Part shown: one piece after another, positions 18,722 to 27,410 of the stretch
Position numbering within the stretch: the first letter of the stretch is position 1
Layout of the letters: every line of letters begins with the position of its first letter
Assembly (NCBI GenBank): GCA_963727805.1
Contig: CAVSHF010000003.1
Location: 2,144,001-2,208,000, forward strand
Source: an uncultured Nitrospiraceae bacterium
GTDB lineage: Bacteria > Nitrospirota > Thermodesulfovibrionia > Thermodesulfovibrionales > Dissulfurispiraceae
DNA: 64,000 bases
Direction: 5' to 3'
Position numbers and translations under genes: made by a program
Notes under the pieces: model-generated
What the model saw: the letters and a program-made list of their open reading frames with translations, nothing else
Database searches by the model: none
Told to the model about the DNA's origin: nothing

Positions 18722-19594
18722 ATGGACTTGATTGTAAAAGCCATAGCCAGAACAGGGCCTATCGCTGTAACGGTCCTCGTGAATACTTCAACAGTCGAGA
18801 AGGCGCGAACCCTGCATGATACGTATCCGACGGCAACAGCAGCACTTGGCCGGACCATGACGGGAGTTATGCTCATAGCATCGCTCCTCAAGGAAGGTCA
18901 GAAAATTTCCATGCAGATCGTGGGAGATGGCCCCCTCAAAGAAGTCTTTGCCGAAGCAGACTGGCTTAGTAGAGTGCGGGGATACGTAAGAAAGCCCCAC
19001 GTCTTCATGGGCCTAATCGGAGAGAGCCTCGATGTAGGCAGGGCTATAGGTCCAGGGTATCTCCATGTGATAAAGGACCTCGGTCTCAGGGAGTCTTATC
19101 ACAGCAGCATTCCTCTTCAAACAGGCGAAATAGCATCTGACATCGCTTATTACCTGAGTGTTTCGGAACAGTTTCCGGCGGCTATCTCACTCGGTGTTTA
19201 TGTCGATACCGATAATTCAGTCAAGGCGAGCGGCGGCTTCCTTGTCCATACCATGCCGAGTGCAGACGATTTGCTCGTCACCTACATGGAAGACAGGATT
19301 AGCACAACACCCACCGTAAGCTCGATGGTCCTTGATGGAAGGACACCCGGAGAGATCATACACGAGATCCTCGGCATGCCCTTCGACATCATTGACCAAA
19401 GAGACGTATCTTATTACTGCCCCTGTAGCAAGGAGCGAGTCCTGCGGGCCCTCATCACCCTCGGCCAACAGGACCTACGCGAGATGATAGCTCAAGAAGA
19501 ACCCCTTGCTATACAATGTCATTTCTGCAAGACCGATTATTCAGTGACACCATTGGAACTTGAGGATTTGATACGGGAGATGCAGGCTGGATAA
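18722..19594 (+). CDS. hslO: Hsp33 redox-regulated chaperone
   Basis: ALGRT..., YLSVSEQ, C-terminal CPCS and CHFC zinc motifs. Confidence 0.95.
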   Translation: MDLIVKAIARTGPIAVTVLVNTSTVEKARTLHDTYPTATAALGRTMTGVMLIASLLKEGQKISMQIVGDGPLKEVFAEADWLSRVRGYVRKPHVFMGLIGESLDVGRAIGPGYLHVIKDLGLRESYHSSIPLQTGEIASDIAYYLSVSEQFPAAISLGVYVDTDNSVKASGGFLVHTMPSADDLLVTYMEDRISTTPTVSSMVLDGRTPGEIIHEILGMPFDIIDQRDVSYYCPCSKERVLRALITLGQQDLREMIAQEEPLAIQCHFCKTDYSVTPLELEDLIREMQAG

Positions 19595-19620
19595 TATGCC
19601 CGTCCTACAAGTTCCAAATT

Positions 19621-19726
19621 TCATTTGATCTGACCCCTCATCTCCCCGTCGGGATATTTTTCAGTATGGATATTAATATAATAGTCTCCGTTCGTAAGCT
19701 GCTGGTACAATTCCCAAACTGTTTTA
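19621..19726 (-). pseudogene. 3' half of CHRD-domain gene, beyond the IS607 insertion
   Basis: Translates (G)KTVWELYQQLTNGDYYINIHTEKYPDGEMRGQIK*, the canonical CHRD end (YxNxHT..P.GE.RGQ). Confidence 0.85.
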
Positions 19727-19811
19727 CCGTTCCTAAAAGCATGTGATTTTATATAGTGCCTTAAAAAGGCTTTAATATAGTGATACACTCACATTCGCCA
19801 GCCGAACAGTG

Positions 19812-21305
19812 TTACTGACTTCCGCCAGATGGTTTCCCTCTGGAACCCGGCGAACCATCCGTAGCGGGTGTAGGCCCTGCCGCTGTGGATAGAGGTACTC
19901 CTCTTGCCGGGTTGCTTGATTGCCGGCTACCTGAGCGTAAGTCCTTTCGGGCTCGCTCAAGCACCCGGGAGACGGCACGCCAATCCGACCAGACATGCTT
20001 CGATCGATTCCTTGCAGGTAGATCGAAGGTGTATCTTAGTCTTCGTGTAGCGAACCGCTCCCCGAAACCGAGACCCCGTCTGGCTATGGCTACTGCCGCT
20101 GCCTGATGCGGGGTTAATTTATATCCTGCCCCGAACTTCACCAATCCGATTACACTGGTGTACGCCGGGTTAATGCCTATCACTTCCACACCTTCCCTGA
20201 ATGCCTTACTAAGAATTAGATTTTTGAATGCCGTGTACGCCATCATCGAAACCTTGCGATTGGACTTACTGCTCCGTCCGGACTTCTTCTTGTCAAGATC
20301 GAGGTTCTCGATTACTATGGGCACCAGGTTGCCTTTGGCATACTGAACTACAGATGCAACTGTGTCTCCAAGTAACGCCGCTATCTGATGCTTCGTCTTT
20401 CCGAAAAGAAGCGTCGGGATGTTCCATGCTTCAGTGGGATTACCGGAGGCGTCGACCCTCGATACCGCGATATGATCTGCGTTCAGATCGAGTCCGAGAG
20501 CCCCGTGCTCTCTGGCGGTGACAGTAGCAACTTCAACCCGTTCCGTAGTCGCATGCACGTACCAGCCCTTGTCTTTACGGACAAACAGATAGCTTATGGC
20601 CTGACCAGCCAGCAGAGCGCTATTAATTATCTCCTGTCCGTGAGGGAAAACAACGGGGACTGCGATATGAGTCCCGAACTCACCGGCCAAAGCATTCGGG
20701 AGTCTCAGCTGCAGTCCCTTGGGTAGATACTGGCAGGTCTGGTTGCCAAACGATTCGTCCTTGCTGCCCAGACAATAGAATTGTGACGCTCTGGCAGACT
20801 GCCAGTCCGCAAGCCATTCAGTATGAGACCCATAACCGTTATCCTTAAGGCTGAATTGCTTTCTGAACAGATTTCTGGAGCCGAAGCAGATGGATGGCGT
20901 ATCAGACTTTGTCCGTTCTTCAAGCACAGACATCTTGTGCTTAAGGTGGGAACCCTGTCGTTTGTATTGGTGTATTTTAAACCAGTTTTTTGGGTTGTCA
21001 TTAAGAGCGGACTTAATGCGTTTAGTAACCGCCTCTAGTTTCCGTTTCTTAGTATCCAGATTACGCAGAAGTGCCTGTTTGTTAGCTTCGACTTTCCCCG
21101 ACAGGTTGAAGATGACACCGTTTAGCTGTCTGCCGGTAATCCCATATCGCTTAAGAAAAGATCGCTTCAGTTCATTGCGATCACCATGTTTAATATACCT
21201 CTCTTTGAAGTAGAGCCGCTCCACCTTGTCCATAAGCGCGGATGTCGCTTCCAAAGCAGGATACAGAGAAGTGTCTTTAATCTTGCCGCAGACGGTTATT
21301 TGCAT
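19812..21305 (-). CDS. tnpB: TnpB-related RuvC protein (IS607-associated), no zinc finger
   Basis: RuvC-I GLDLNADH, RuvC-II VIENL, NPAYTS, RuvC-III region HQAAAVAIARR. Confidence 0.85.
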   Translation of the reverse strand: MQITVCGKIKDTSLYPALEATSALMDKVERLYFKERYIKHGDRNELKRSFLKRYGITGRQLNGVIFNLSGKVEANKQALLRNLDTKKRKLEAVTKRIKSALNDNPKNWFKIHQYKRQGSHLKHKMSVLEERTKSDTPSICFGSRNLFRKQFSLKDNGYGSHTEWLADWQSARASQFYCLGSKDESFGNQTCQYLPKGLQLRLPNALAGEFGTHIAVPVVFPHGQEIINSALLAGQAISYLFVRKDKGWYVHATTERVEVATVTAREHGALGLDLNADHIAVSRVDASGNPTEAWNIPTLLFGKTKHQIAALLGDTVASVVQYAKGNLVPIVIENLDLDKKKSGRSSKSNRKVSMMAYTAFKNLILSKAFREGVEVIGINPAYTSVIGLVKFGAGYKLTPHQAAAVAIARRGLGFGERFATRRLRYTFDLPARNRSKHVWSDWRAVSRVLERARKDLRSGSRQSSNPARGVPLSTAAGPTPATDGSPGSRGKPSGGSQ

Positions 21306-21307
21306 AG

Positions 21308-21885
21308 TTACTCGCTCTTGGCCTCTTGATCCTGCAATGATTGTAATGCCTTCTTCGCTTTATTTTTGGCAGATCGCTTGCCGTAGAGCCTCGCACAAAA
21401 AGAGGTCAGCACCGCGATCATGTCTTCCACCAGGTCATTGGTGAGTTCCGAAGGGTCAACAACTACTAATTTCCTGCCTTGGGCGGCGAGGGCTGACTCC
21501 ACATACTCGGCGCCAAACCTCATTAAACGGTCACGGTGTTCCACTATGATAGTAGTGTACTTCGGGTCGGCAAGCAGCTTCATAAGCTTCGGGCGATGCC
21601 CGTTTAGTCCACTGCCGATCTCGGGACTACCTGATGAATGGCATAACCGTTCTCTGTGCCCCACATGGTGATTCTCGCCACCTGCCCTTCAATATCGTTT
21701 TTCTGGTCGTGTGACGACACCCTGACATAAGCTGCCGTCTGTCCTTGAGCAGACTGAGCCGGGGTAATGATGATCGTCCCCGAGGCAGTCTGATATGCTG
21801 GCACAGGAAGTTGCCCCTTTTTAAACCACAGAAACGCCGTCTGATACTTGATGCCCTGCGATTTTGCCCATTCGCTTAGTTTCAT
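21308..21885 (-). pseudogene. tnpA: IS607 serine-recombinase transposase with a 1-nt deletion frameshift near 21625
   Basis: MKLSEWAK HTH and AYVRVSSHDQ in one frame. EIGSGLNGHRPKL..VEHRDRLMRFG..FCARLYG in another. Adding 1 nt gives about 192 aa. Confidence 0.9.
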
Positions 21886-21945
21886 ATTGTATATATTAAT
21901 GTATATTACGTATTAAAAACAGCTATCTAATGGCGCTGTTGTAAA

Positions 21946-22320
21946 CCCTTAAACGACGACATCAGGTCCTCTGCTCCGATAGAGCCCTCAGCCAGGGTGC
22001 CGCTTATCTTCCCTTTATTCTTTGCCCTTATAGCAATGAGTGCGATCGGTGGTCCGTTCTCGCCAACCTTGCCTATATAGATGTGGGCGGCTGTGATATT
22101 TTCTAAATCCGAAGCAGTGACAGTGTAAAACAGCAATGTGCATTCCCTACTAAGCGGAAAGGTCGCTTTGCCTTTGGCATCCGTCTTTATTGGAGGAACC
22201 ACCTTGAGCCGCTCATAGTAGCGCTGAGTTCGGGCAGATCTCTAATGTAGCCATACTCAGCCATGCAGACTTCGCAAAAGCGATAATCAGGATAATGATC
22301 AATACAAGTACCTTCCTCAT
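21946..22320 (-). pseudogene. 5' half of secreted CHRD-domain gene (two frameshifts, IS-interrupted)
   Basis: SD AGGAGG and ATG 22320, signal peptide MRKVLVLIIILIIAFAKSAW, then SATMSGS..VVPPIKTDAKGKA..ITAAHIY..GENGP across frameshifts near 22260 and 22204. Confidence 0.8.
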
Positions 22321-22434
22321 TATTACTTCCTCCTCTGACAATTTTTATCTCAGTATGGTTGCAGCATATCTGGCCACGGCGTGTTAAATACTGGGGAACA
22401 AGTTTCCTTGGTTCCTGCAACATCCTATATATTA

Positions 22435-22463
22435 TTGACATTAGCTTTCTGTCGTTTTAAGAT
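22435..22463 (+). promoter_or_regulatory. Sigma70-type promoter of the riboswitch-kup transcript
   Basis: TTGACA(22435-22440)-17 nt-TAAGAT(22458-22463). Confidence 0.65.
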
Positions 22464-22477
22464 ATAACCTAATCGAT

Positions 22478-22595
22478 TTGATACGCCGAAATCTATAAAT
22501 TATGGATGCGGGGGAACCGGATAACGGGGCGAATTCCATTGTGGATAGGACACTTCCAAGTCCGAGCCCGTCAGCTAACCTCGTAGGCGACTGGA
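22478..22595 (+). promoter_or_regulatory. c-di-AMP (ydaO/yuaA) riboswitch
   Basis: Conserved blocks CGCCGAAATC..GCGGGGGAACC..GGGGCGAAT..TAGG..CCGAGCCCGTCAGCTAACCTCGTAGGCG upstream of a K+ transporter. Confidence 0.85.
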
Positions 22596-22675
22596 AGGCA
22601 ATATGGCAACAATCATTCTTTGCTGGCACTCCGGCATTTTCTTAGTGCCTCTCCTTACCCATCCCGGGAGCGCCA

Positions 22676-24490
22676 ATGCTTGTTAAGGAGTCACCCGCCA
22701 AAGGGATAATCAAGTCACTAGGCCTTGTTTTCGGCGACATCGGGACAAGCCCCATTTATACCCTTACCGTCGTATTCCTGCTCACAAAGCCGACCGCTGA
22801 CAACATCTTCGGCGTCATATCCCTGGTCGTCTGGACCCTGGTCATCCTTGTTACTATCGAATATGCCTGGCTCGCTATGAGTCTCGGGAAGAAGGGCGAG
22901 GGCGGGACTATCGTGCTCAGGGAACTTCTCATCCCATTGCTCAAATCCGGAAGAAAGGCTGCTTTTGTTACATTCCTGTCCTTTATTGGTATATCTCTGC
23001 TTATCGGCGACGGCGTAATCACCCCTGCCATCAGTATTCTCAGCGCCGTAGAAGGTTTGCTGCTGATCCCCGGTCTTGAGAGCACAGCACAGGAAATGCT
23101 GATACTCATTGCGGGGATTATTGCTATACTGCTCTTTTCGTTTCAAAGAAAGGGGACCGAAAAGGTCTCGGTCGCCTTCGGCCCAATCATGATTGTCTGG
23201 TTTGCGGCGCTGGCAGTTTCTGGCGTCTTGTCCATTTTGGAGTTTCCAACCATACTCAAGGCGGTCAATCCATATTACGCCATACGCTTCCTTGTCGAGA
23301 ACGGCATCGCGGGTTTCTTTGTTCTCTCCGAAGTCATCCTCTGCGCAACAGGAGGCGAGGCCCTCTACGCCGATATGGGGCATCTCGGCAGAAAACCGAT
23401 AACCAGGGCATGGTATTTTGTCTTTGTCGCCCTTCTGTTGAATTATCTTGGCCAGGGGGCGTTCGTCATCACCCATCCTGGGAGTAAGAATGTCCTCTTC
23501 GAGATGATCTTCACGCATTTCCGAATATTGTATGTCCCCTTTCTCATCCTGAGCATAATGGCTACGGTAATAGCCTCCCAGGCGATGATAAGCGGCATGT
23601 TCTCGATCGTATACCAAGGTATTACAACACATGTCATGCCCCTTTTTAAGGTCGATTACACATCAGAAGATCTGCGGTCCCAGATCTATATCGGCTTTGT
23701 AAACTGGTTCCTGCTTATCGCTGTCTTGTTCATCATGTATGAGTTCAAGGAATCGAGCCGCCTTGCCGCTGCCTATGGCCTTGCCGTTACCGGCACCATG
23801 ACGCTTACCGGGATTATGATGACTTGGATATTCAGTCTCAAGAAGAACAAACTTTACGCGGCGGCTTCGGCATTCGTGGCGGTTGTCGATGTCGTGTTTC
23901 TGGTGTCCAATATCTATAAAATACCGCACGGTGGCTATTGGTCTATCATCATTGCGGCGATCCCGTTATGCGTAATTATCCTCTATACGCGCGGGCAAAA
24001 GAGGCTCTACAGCACTATGAAACCCCTGGATAAAAAGGAATTTCTCACGCGATTCGAGTGGGCCTACAAGAACATGAGCAGGATAACGGGTACGGCCCTT
24101 TTCTTTGCGCGGGGAATCGAAAAGGTGCCTCCTTACATCGTCAACACGATGTTTTTAAATAATATCCTCTATGAGGACAATATCATTGTCTCTATCATCC
24201 GGAGAGACGATCCTTTCGGAGTCACCGGCTATTTCAAAGACCTCCATGTGGATGGTTTGAGGATATTCGAGATACAGGTCGGGTATATGGAAATGTTCGA
24301 TGTTGAGGAGATACTTCGAGACGCAGGCATAGAAGAAAAGGTCATATTCTATGGCCTTGAGGACATCGATACCAGGAGCATCGTCTGGAAGATATTCTCA
24401 CTGATAAAGAAACTGAACCCCACCTTTGTACAGTTCTACCGGCTGCCGTCTCACAAGCTTCACGGTGTCGTAACCCGCGTCGAGATGTGA
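22676..24490 (+). CDS. kup: KUP/HAK/KT potassium transporter
   Basis: GLVFGDIGTSPIY, GDGVITPAISILSAVEG, TGGEALYADMGH, AAAYGLAV. Confidence 0.95.
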   Translation: MLVKESPAKGIIKSLGLVFGDIGTSPIYTLTVVFLLTKPTADNIFGVISLVVWTLVILVTIEYAWLAMSLGKKGEGGTIVLRELLIPLLKSGRKAAFVTFLSFIGISLLIGDGVITPAISILSAVEGLLLIPGLESTAQEMLILIAGIIAILLFSFQRKGTEKVSVAFGPIMIVWFAALAVSGVLSILEFPTILKAVNPYYAIRFLVENGIAGFFVLSEVILCATGGEALYADMGHLGRKPITRAWYFVFVALLLNYLGQGAFVITHPGSKNVLFEMIFTHFRILYVPFLILSIMATVIASQAMISGMFSIVYQGITTHVMPLFKVDYTSEDLRSQIYIGFVNWFLLIAVLFIMYEFKESSRLAAAYGLAVTGTMTLTGIMMTWIFSLKKNKLYAAASAFVAVVDVVFLVSNIYKIPHGGYWSIIIAAIPLCVIILYTRGQKRLYSTMKPLDKKEFLTRFEWAYKNMSRITGTALFFARGIEKVPPYIVNTMFLNNILYEDNIIVSIIRRDDPFGVTGYFKDLHVDGLRIFEIQVGYMEMFDVEEILRDAGIEEKVIFYGLEDIDTRSIVWKIFSLIKKLNPTFVQFYRLPSHKLHGVVTRVEM

Positions 24491-24505
24491 TTTGCAGAGG
24501 CAGGA

Positions 24506-24973
24506 TTAATCCCTGCCCCTGCTTCCTTTGAATGAGGTAATGCGGGCGAGCACTTTGTCGATAAGCACGGGCAAGGCCGCCTCAACAGACGGGGAAAGAC
24601 CCTCTCCATAATCTAATGAATCCGCAGCAATGGAATAGACGACTGTTGCAGGGTGTGTGTTATAGAGCTCCTCGACGCAGCCCAATAATACGCTAGGGCT
24701 GAGGTTGTGCGAAAAGATCCCTGGGACTGCGTTGTCTGGAACAACCTCCACTTCTTTCAATGTGCCTGGCTCATCTCCCACATGGGCGTCGATAAATATC
24801 GCGAGGTCTGCGTCTCTCAGGTCTTCGGCAAGTTGGATTCCTAACTGAAGCCTGACCAGAGCCTTCACCTCCTGGTCCTGCACAAGGCTTTCAATGCGCT
24901 GTACTGCAACCTGGCCAACGCCGTCGTCCCTCCGCAGCGGGTTTCCGAATCCGATGACGAGAATCTTACTCAT
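24506..24973 (-). CDS. Hydrogenase maturation protease
   Basis: VIGFGNPLRRDDGVG, IFIDA, SHNLSP, GEGLSPSV. Confidence 0.9.
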   Translation of the reverse strand: MSKILVIGFGNPLRRDDGVGQVAVQRIESLVQDQEVKALVRLQLGIQLAEDLRDADLAIFIDAHVGDEPGTLKEVEVVPDNAVPGIFSHNLSPSVLLGCVEELYNTHPATVVYSIAADSLDYGEGLSPSVEAALPVLIDKVLARITSFKGSRGRD

Positions 24974-24999
24974 CCCCCCGCCTCACTCCCGCACCGCTA

Positions 25000-25194
25000 T
25001 TACCCTTTGTGCATCTTTATGAAATTGCTGATCGGATGGTCGTAAGTCTTTTCGAACTGGGCGCTGAAAAAGTACGCCGGCAGCTCGCCGTTGTTGCGGT
25101 GATAATGCAGGCACTAGCAACATTTATGCTTGCGCTCACAAGGCTCATAGGTGCAATAGCACATCTTTATATTATTTTCGATAAAGCAATCCAT
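25000..25194 (-). pseudogene. Small Cys-rich protein (DUF6485-like) with internal TAG at 25114-25116
   Basis: MDCFIENNIKMCYCTYEPCERKHKCC*CLHYHRNNGELPAYFFSAQFEKTYDHPISNFIKMHKG. SD AGGAGG. Missed by the ORF track. Confidence 0.7.
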
Positions 25195-25326
25195 AGTCTT
25201 CCTCCTGATTGGAATGTCTTCCATTTTAACCACAAAAGACTGAATTTGGCATTACCGAAATATCAGGTGGGGTTATGTACACGTCTGGCAGGGCCGGGAA
25301 GCGAACCTACGGTCTGGAGAAGTTCA

Positions 25327-25356
25327 GTTGGCCGGAATCTCGCGGACCCGGCCAAC
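25327..25356. terminator. 9-bp inverted repeat just after the helicase stop codon
   Basis: GTTGGCCGG(25327-25335)...CCGGCCAAC(25348-25356). Confidence 0.45.
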
Positions 25357-25364
25357 CCCTTTTT

Positions 25365-26636
25365 CTATCTGAACTTCATGACAGTGCTTTTTTTCGTCTT
25401 GGCAGATGGAAGGGTATCGCCCCACTGTTTGCCTGTCTTTTGTCCGATGTCCCTGCGAACCGGAATGTGCTGCCTTGATGGGCGAGTATACTCGCCGTCT
25501 TTTCTCGGCGCAGCTTCACCGTAATCAAAGCCTTCCAATGTGCGGCGCTCGATCGTTCCGCCCAGGACTCTTTCGATATCGTGCACCACGTCCCTGTTTT
25601 CGGGGGTCACGAGCGTGTATGCATCACCACTCCGGGCAGCACGGCCGGTACGGCCGATGCGATGAATGTAAGCATCGGTGGTATCGGGGACATCGTAGTT
25701 GATGACGTGGGAAACTTGGGTCACGTCGATCCCGCGTGCTGCGATATCGGTTGCCACCAGGATCTGGTATGTACCGTTGCGGAATCCGCTCATTGCGGCC
25801 TGACGCCGCGACTGCGAGAGATTCCCCTGCAGCGAGGCCGTCCGATACCCTGCATTGACCAGTTGTTCCCCAAGGCGCTTGGCCCGGTGCTTGGTACGGG
25901 TGAAAATCAGCACGGACTCAGTATCGGTATGGTGAAGCAGATTCAGAAGCAGAGGTGTCTTCAGGTGCTGGGCAACCGGATATAATGCGTGACTCACAGT
26001 AACCGCAGGTGCCGTAACACCTACTTTGACCATGACCGGCTCGTTAAGAGTATCGTTGGCTAGATGCCTGATCTCTTCGGGCATAGTGGCCGAGAAGAGC
26101 ATGGTCTGCCGCCTCTGGGGTAAGTGTTTCAGTATCTGTCGAATGTCGGGTAAAAAGCCCATGTCGAACATGTGATCGGCCTCGTCGAGGACCAACATAT
26201 CCAGCCGCGATAGGTCGATCGTCCTCTGCCCGATATGGTCAAGGAGCCGCCCGGGACAGGCGACAACAATCTCTACGCCGCGTTTCAGCTTATCCACCTG
26301 AGGAGTGAAGCCCACTCCGCCATAGATGGTTACGCTCCTAAGGCCAGTATTCCGTCCCAGGATACTGATTGCTTCGTGCGTCTGCTCTGCCAGCTCTCTC
26401 GTAGGTGCAATGACAAGGGCACGGACGTAGCGGCGCCCCCCCTGCATCAGTCGGTGCAGGATGGGAAGAGCAAAAGCAGCGGTCTTGCCGGTGCCTGTCT
26501 GTGCCAGGCCCATAATATCATGGCCCTGCATGACCAGCGGAATCGCCTGCGCCTGGATCGGCGTCGGCGTTGTATAGCCCGCGGCCTTGACCCCGGCCGC
26601 GACGTGGGGATGAAAATCAAATACGTTAAATTCCAT
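25365..26636 (-). CDS. rhlE: DEAD-box RNA helicase (RhlE-like)
   Basis: AQTGTGKT, PTRELA, DEAD, SAT, HRIGRTGRA motifs. Confidence 0.9.
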   Translation of the reverse strand: MEFNVFDFHPHVAAGVKAAGYTTPTPIQAQAIPLVMQGHDIMGLAQTGTGKTAAFALPILHRLMQGGRRYVRALVIAPTRELAEQTHEAISILGRNTGLRSVTIYGGVGFTPQVDKLKRGVEIVVACPGRLLDHIGQRTIDLSRLDMLVLDEADHMFDMGFLPDIRQILKHLPQRRQTMLFSATMPEEIRHLANDTLNEPVMVKVGVTAPAVTVSHALYPVAQHLKTPLLLNLLHHTDTESVLIFTRTKHRAKRLGEQLVNAGYRTASLQGNLSQSRRQAAMSGFRNGTYQILVATDIAARGIDVTQVSHVINYDVPDTTDAYIHRIGRTGRAARSGDAYTLVTPENRDVVHDIERVLGGTIERRTLEGFDYGEAAPRKDGEYTRPSRQHIPVRRDIGQKTGKQWGDTLPSAKTKKSTVMKFR

Positions 26637-26662
26637 AAACTCCTTTTTTCTGCATACGGACG

Positions 26663-26688
26663 AAAAAAAACCCCGGTGTATTCCGGGG
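26663..26688 (-). terminator. Intrinsic terminator within the helicase 5' leader (putative attenuator)
   Basis: Minus strand CCCCGG-AATACA-CCGGGG followed by T8, 26 nt before the start codon. Confidence 0.7.
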
Positions 26689-26734
26689 CTTACTTACGAT
26701 GTAGTTTTCATCCGGGTACAGCAGTTGATAATGA

Positions 26735-26764
26735 ATAATACCAGCCATGGGAAGCCTTTGTCAA
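26735..26764 (-). promoter_or_regulatory. Promoter of the helicase gene
   Basis: TTGACA(26764-26759)-18 nt-TATTAT(26740-26735), with an extended TGn. Confidence 0.6.
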
Positions 26765-26863
26765 ATAAAAGAATTTCGGGTGAGCCTTAGATATTATGCC
26801 AGATGGGTTTCATCAGGCAGGGAAAAGATTGCATTTGCACAGGCTTTTCAGATAAAACAGACT

Positions 26864-27352
26864 ATGCAAAAACATTTAGCCCTTATGGTCCTTCTTATCC
26901 TTGCCTCTGTGGTGCAGACTTTCTATTACTATCCCCAGCTACCTGAAGTGATTGCCTCCCATTTTAACTTCGAAGGGAACGCAAATGGCTGGCAGCCAAA
27001 GAGGGTCTTTTTCGGGATATACAGTGGCGTGCTCGTACTCCTTGTTTCCATCTTCTCGGGATTACAGCTGTTTCTGGACCGCATTCCGGACTCGCTCATT
27101 AATCTGCCGCGAAAGGCGTACTGGCTTGCCCCGGAAAGACGGGCAGAGACATTCTCCTTCATAAACGCGCAGATGCTCATATACGGTAATACCACCCTGG
27201 GGTTCATATTCGTGGTCTTCCAACTTGCAATCCAAGCGAACCTGACACCACAAAAACAGCTCCCTCCTACGACCATGCTGCCCCTGCTGGGGGCTTATAT
27301 TCTTTTCTCCCTAGTTTGGACTGTCAGATTTATCCGCAAATTCAAGAAGTAA
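26864..27352 (+). CDS. DUF1648-domain membrane protein
   Basis: YPQLPEVIASHFNFEGNANGW motif and 4 TM segments. Confidence 0.8.
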   Translation: MQKHLALMVLLILASVVQTFYYYPQLPEVIASHFNFEGNANGWQPKRVFFGIYSGVLVLLVSIFSGLQLFLDRIPDSLINLPRKAYWLAPERRAETFSFINAQMLIYGNTTLGFIFVVFQLAIQANLTPQKQLPPTTMLPLLGAYILFSLVWTVRFIRKFKK

Positions 27353-27375
27353 GCGATTCCATCCCTCTTACCCCC

Positions 27376-27410
27376 TTGACAGTGAACTATCGTTCACCTA
27401 TAATTTAAGT
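27376..27410 (+). promoter_or_regulatory. Consensus promoter with SOS-box-like operator GTGAAC-TATC-GTTCAC
   Basis: TTGACA(27376-81), palindrome 27382-27397, TATAAT(27399-404), then 6 nt to ATG 27411. Confidence 0.85.

Larger units (their letters stand above)
19727..21945 (-). mobile_element. IS607-family insertion sequence (about 2219 bp): tnpA plus tnpB-like gene
   Basis: Removing 19727-21945 restores the CHRD frame (TTT AAG GG|T AAA ACA). GGT is present at both junctions. AT-rich subterminal repeats (ATATAGTG at 19751 and 19775; TATATTA repeats at about 21890-21915). Confidence 0.9.

Noticed and set aside
19688..19740. Apparent mini-CRISPR next to tnpB: CCGTTCGTAAGC and CCGTTCCTAAAAGC separated by 27 nt
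   Set aside because: The second copy and the spacer are ordinary CHRD coding sequence (KTVWELYQQLTNGD). There are only two poor copies, so this is a chance similarity.
19727..21945. IStron (group I intron plus IS607) that would splice out of the CHRD mRNA
   Set aside because: Only ~60 nt lie between the left end and the tnpA start, too short for a group I intron core. The host gene also carries its own frameshifts.
22718..23632. 304 aa antisense ORF inside kup, and similar long shadow ORFs (10592-11347, 44862-45797, 27546-28211)
   Set aside because: They lie antisense to well-supported genes and have no recognisable motifs.
18033..25194. Amber (TAG) recoding or pyrrolysine, suggested by three in-frame TAGs
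   Set aside because: The TAGs appear to replace different residues, one gene also has a frameshift, and TAG is a normal stop for many intact genes in the window.
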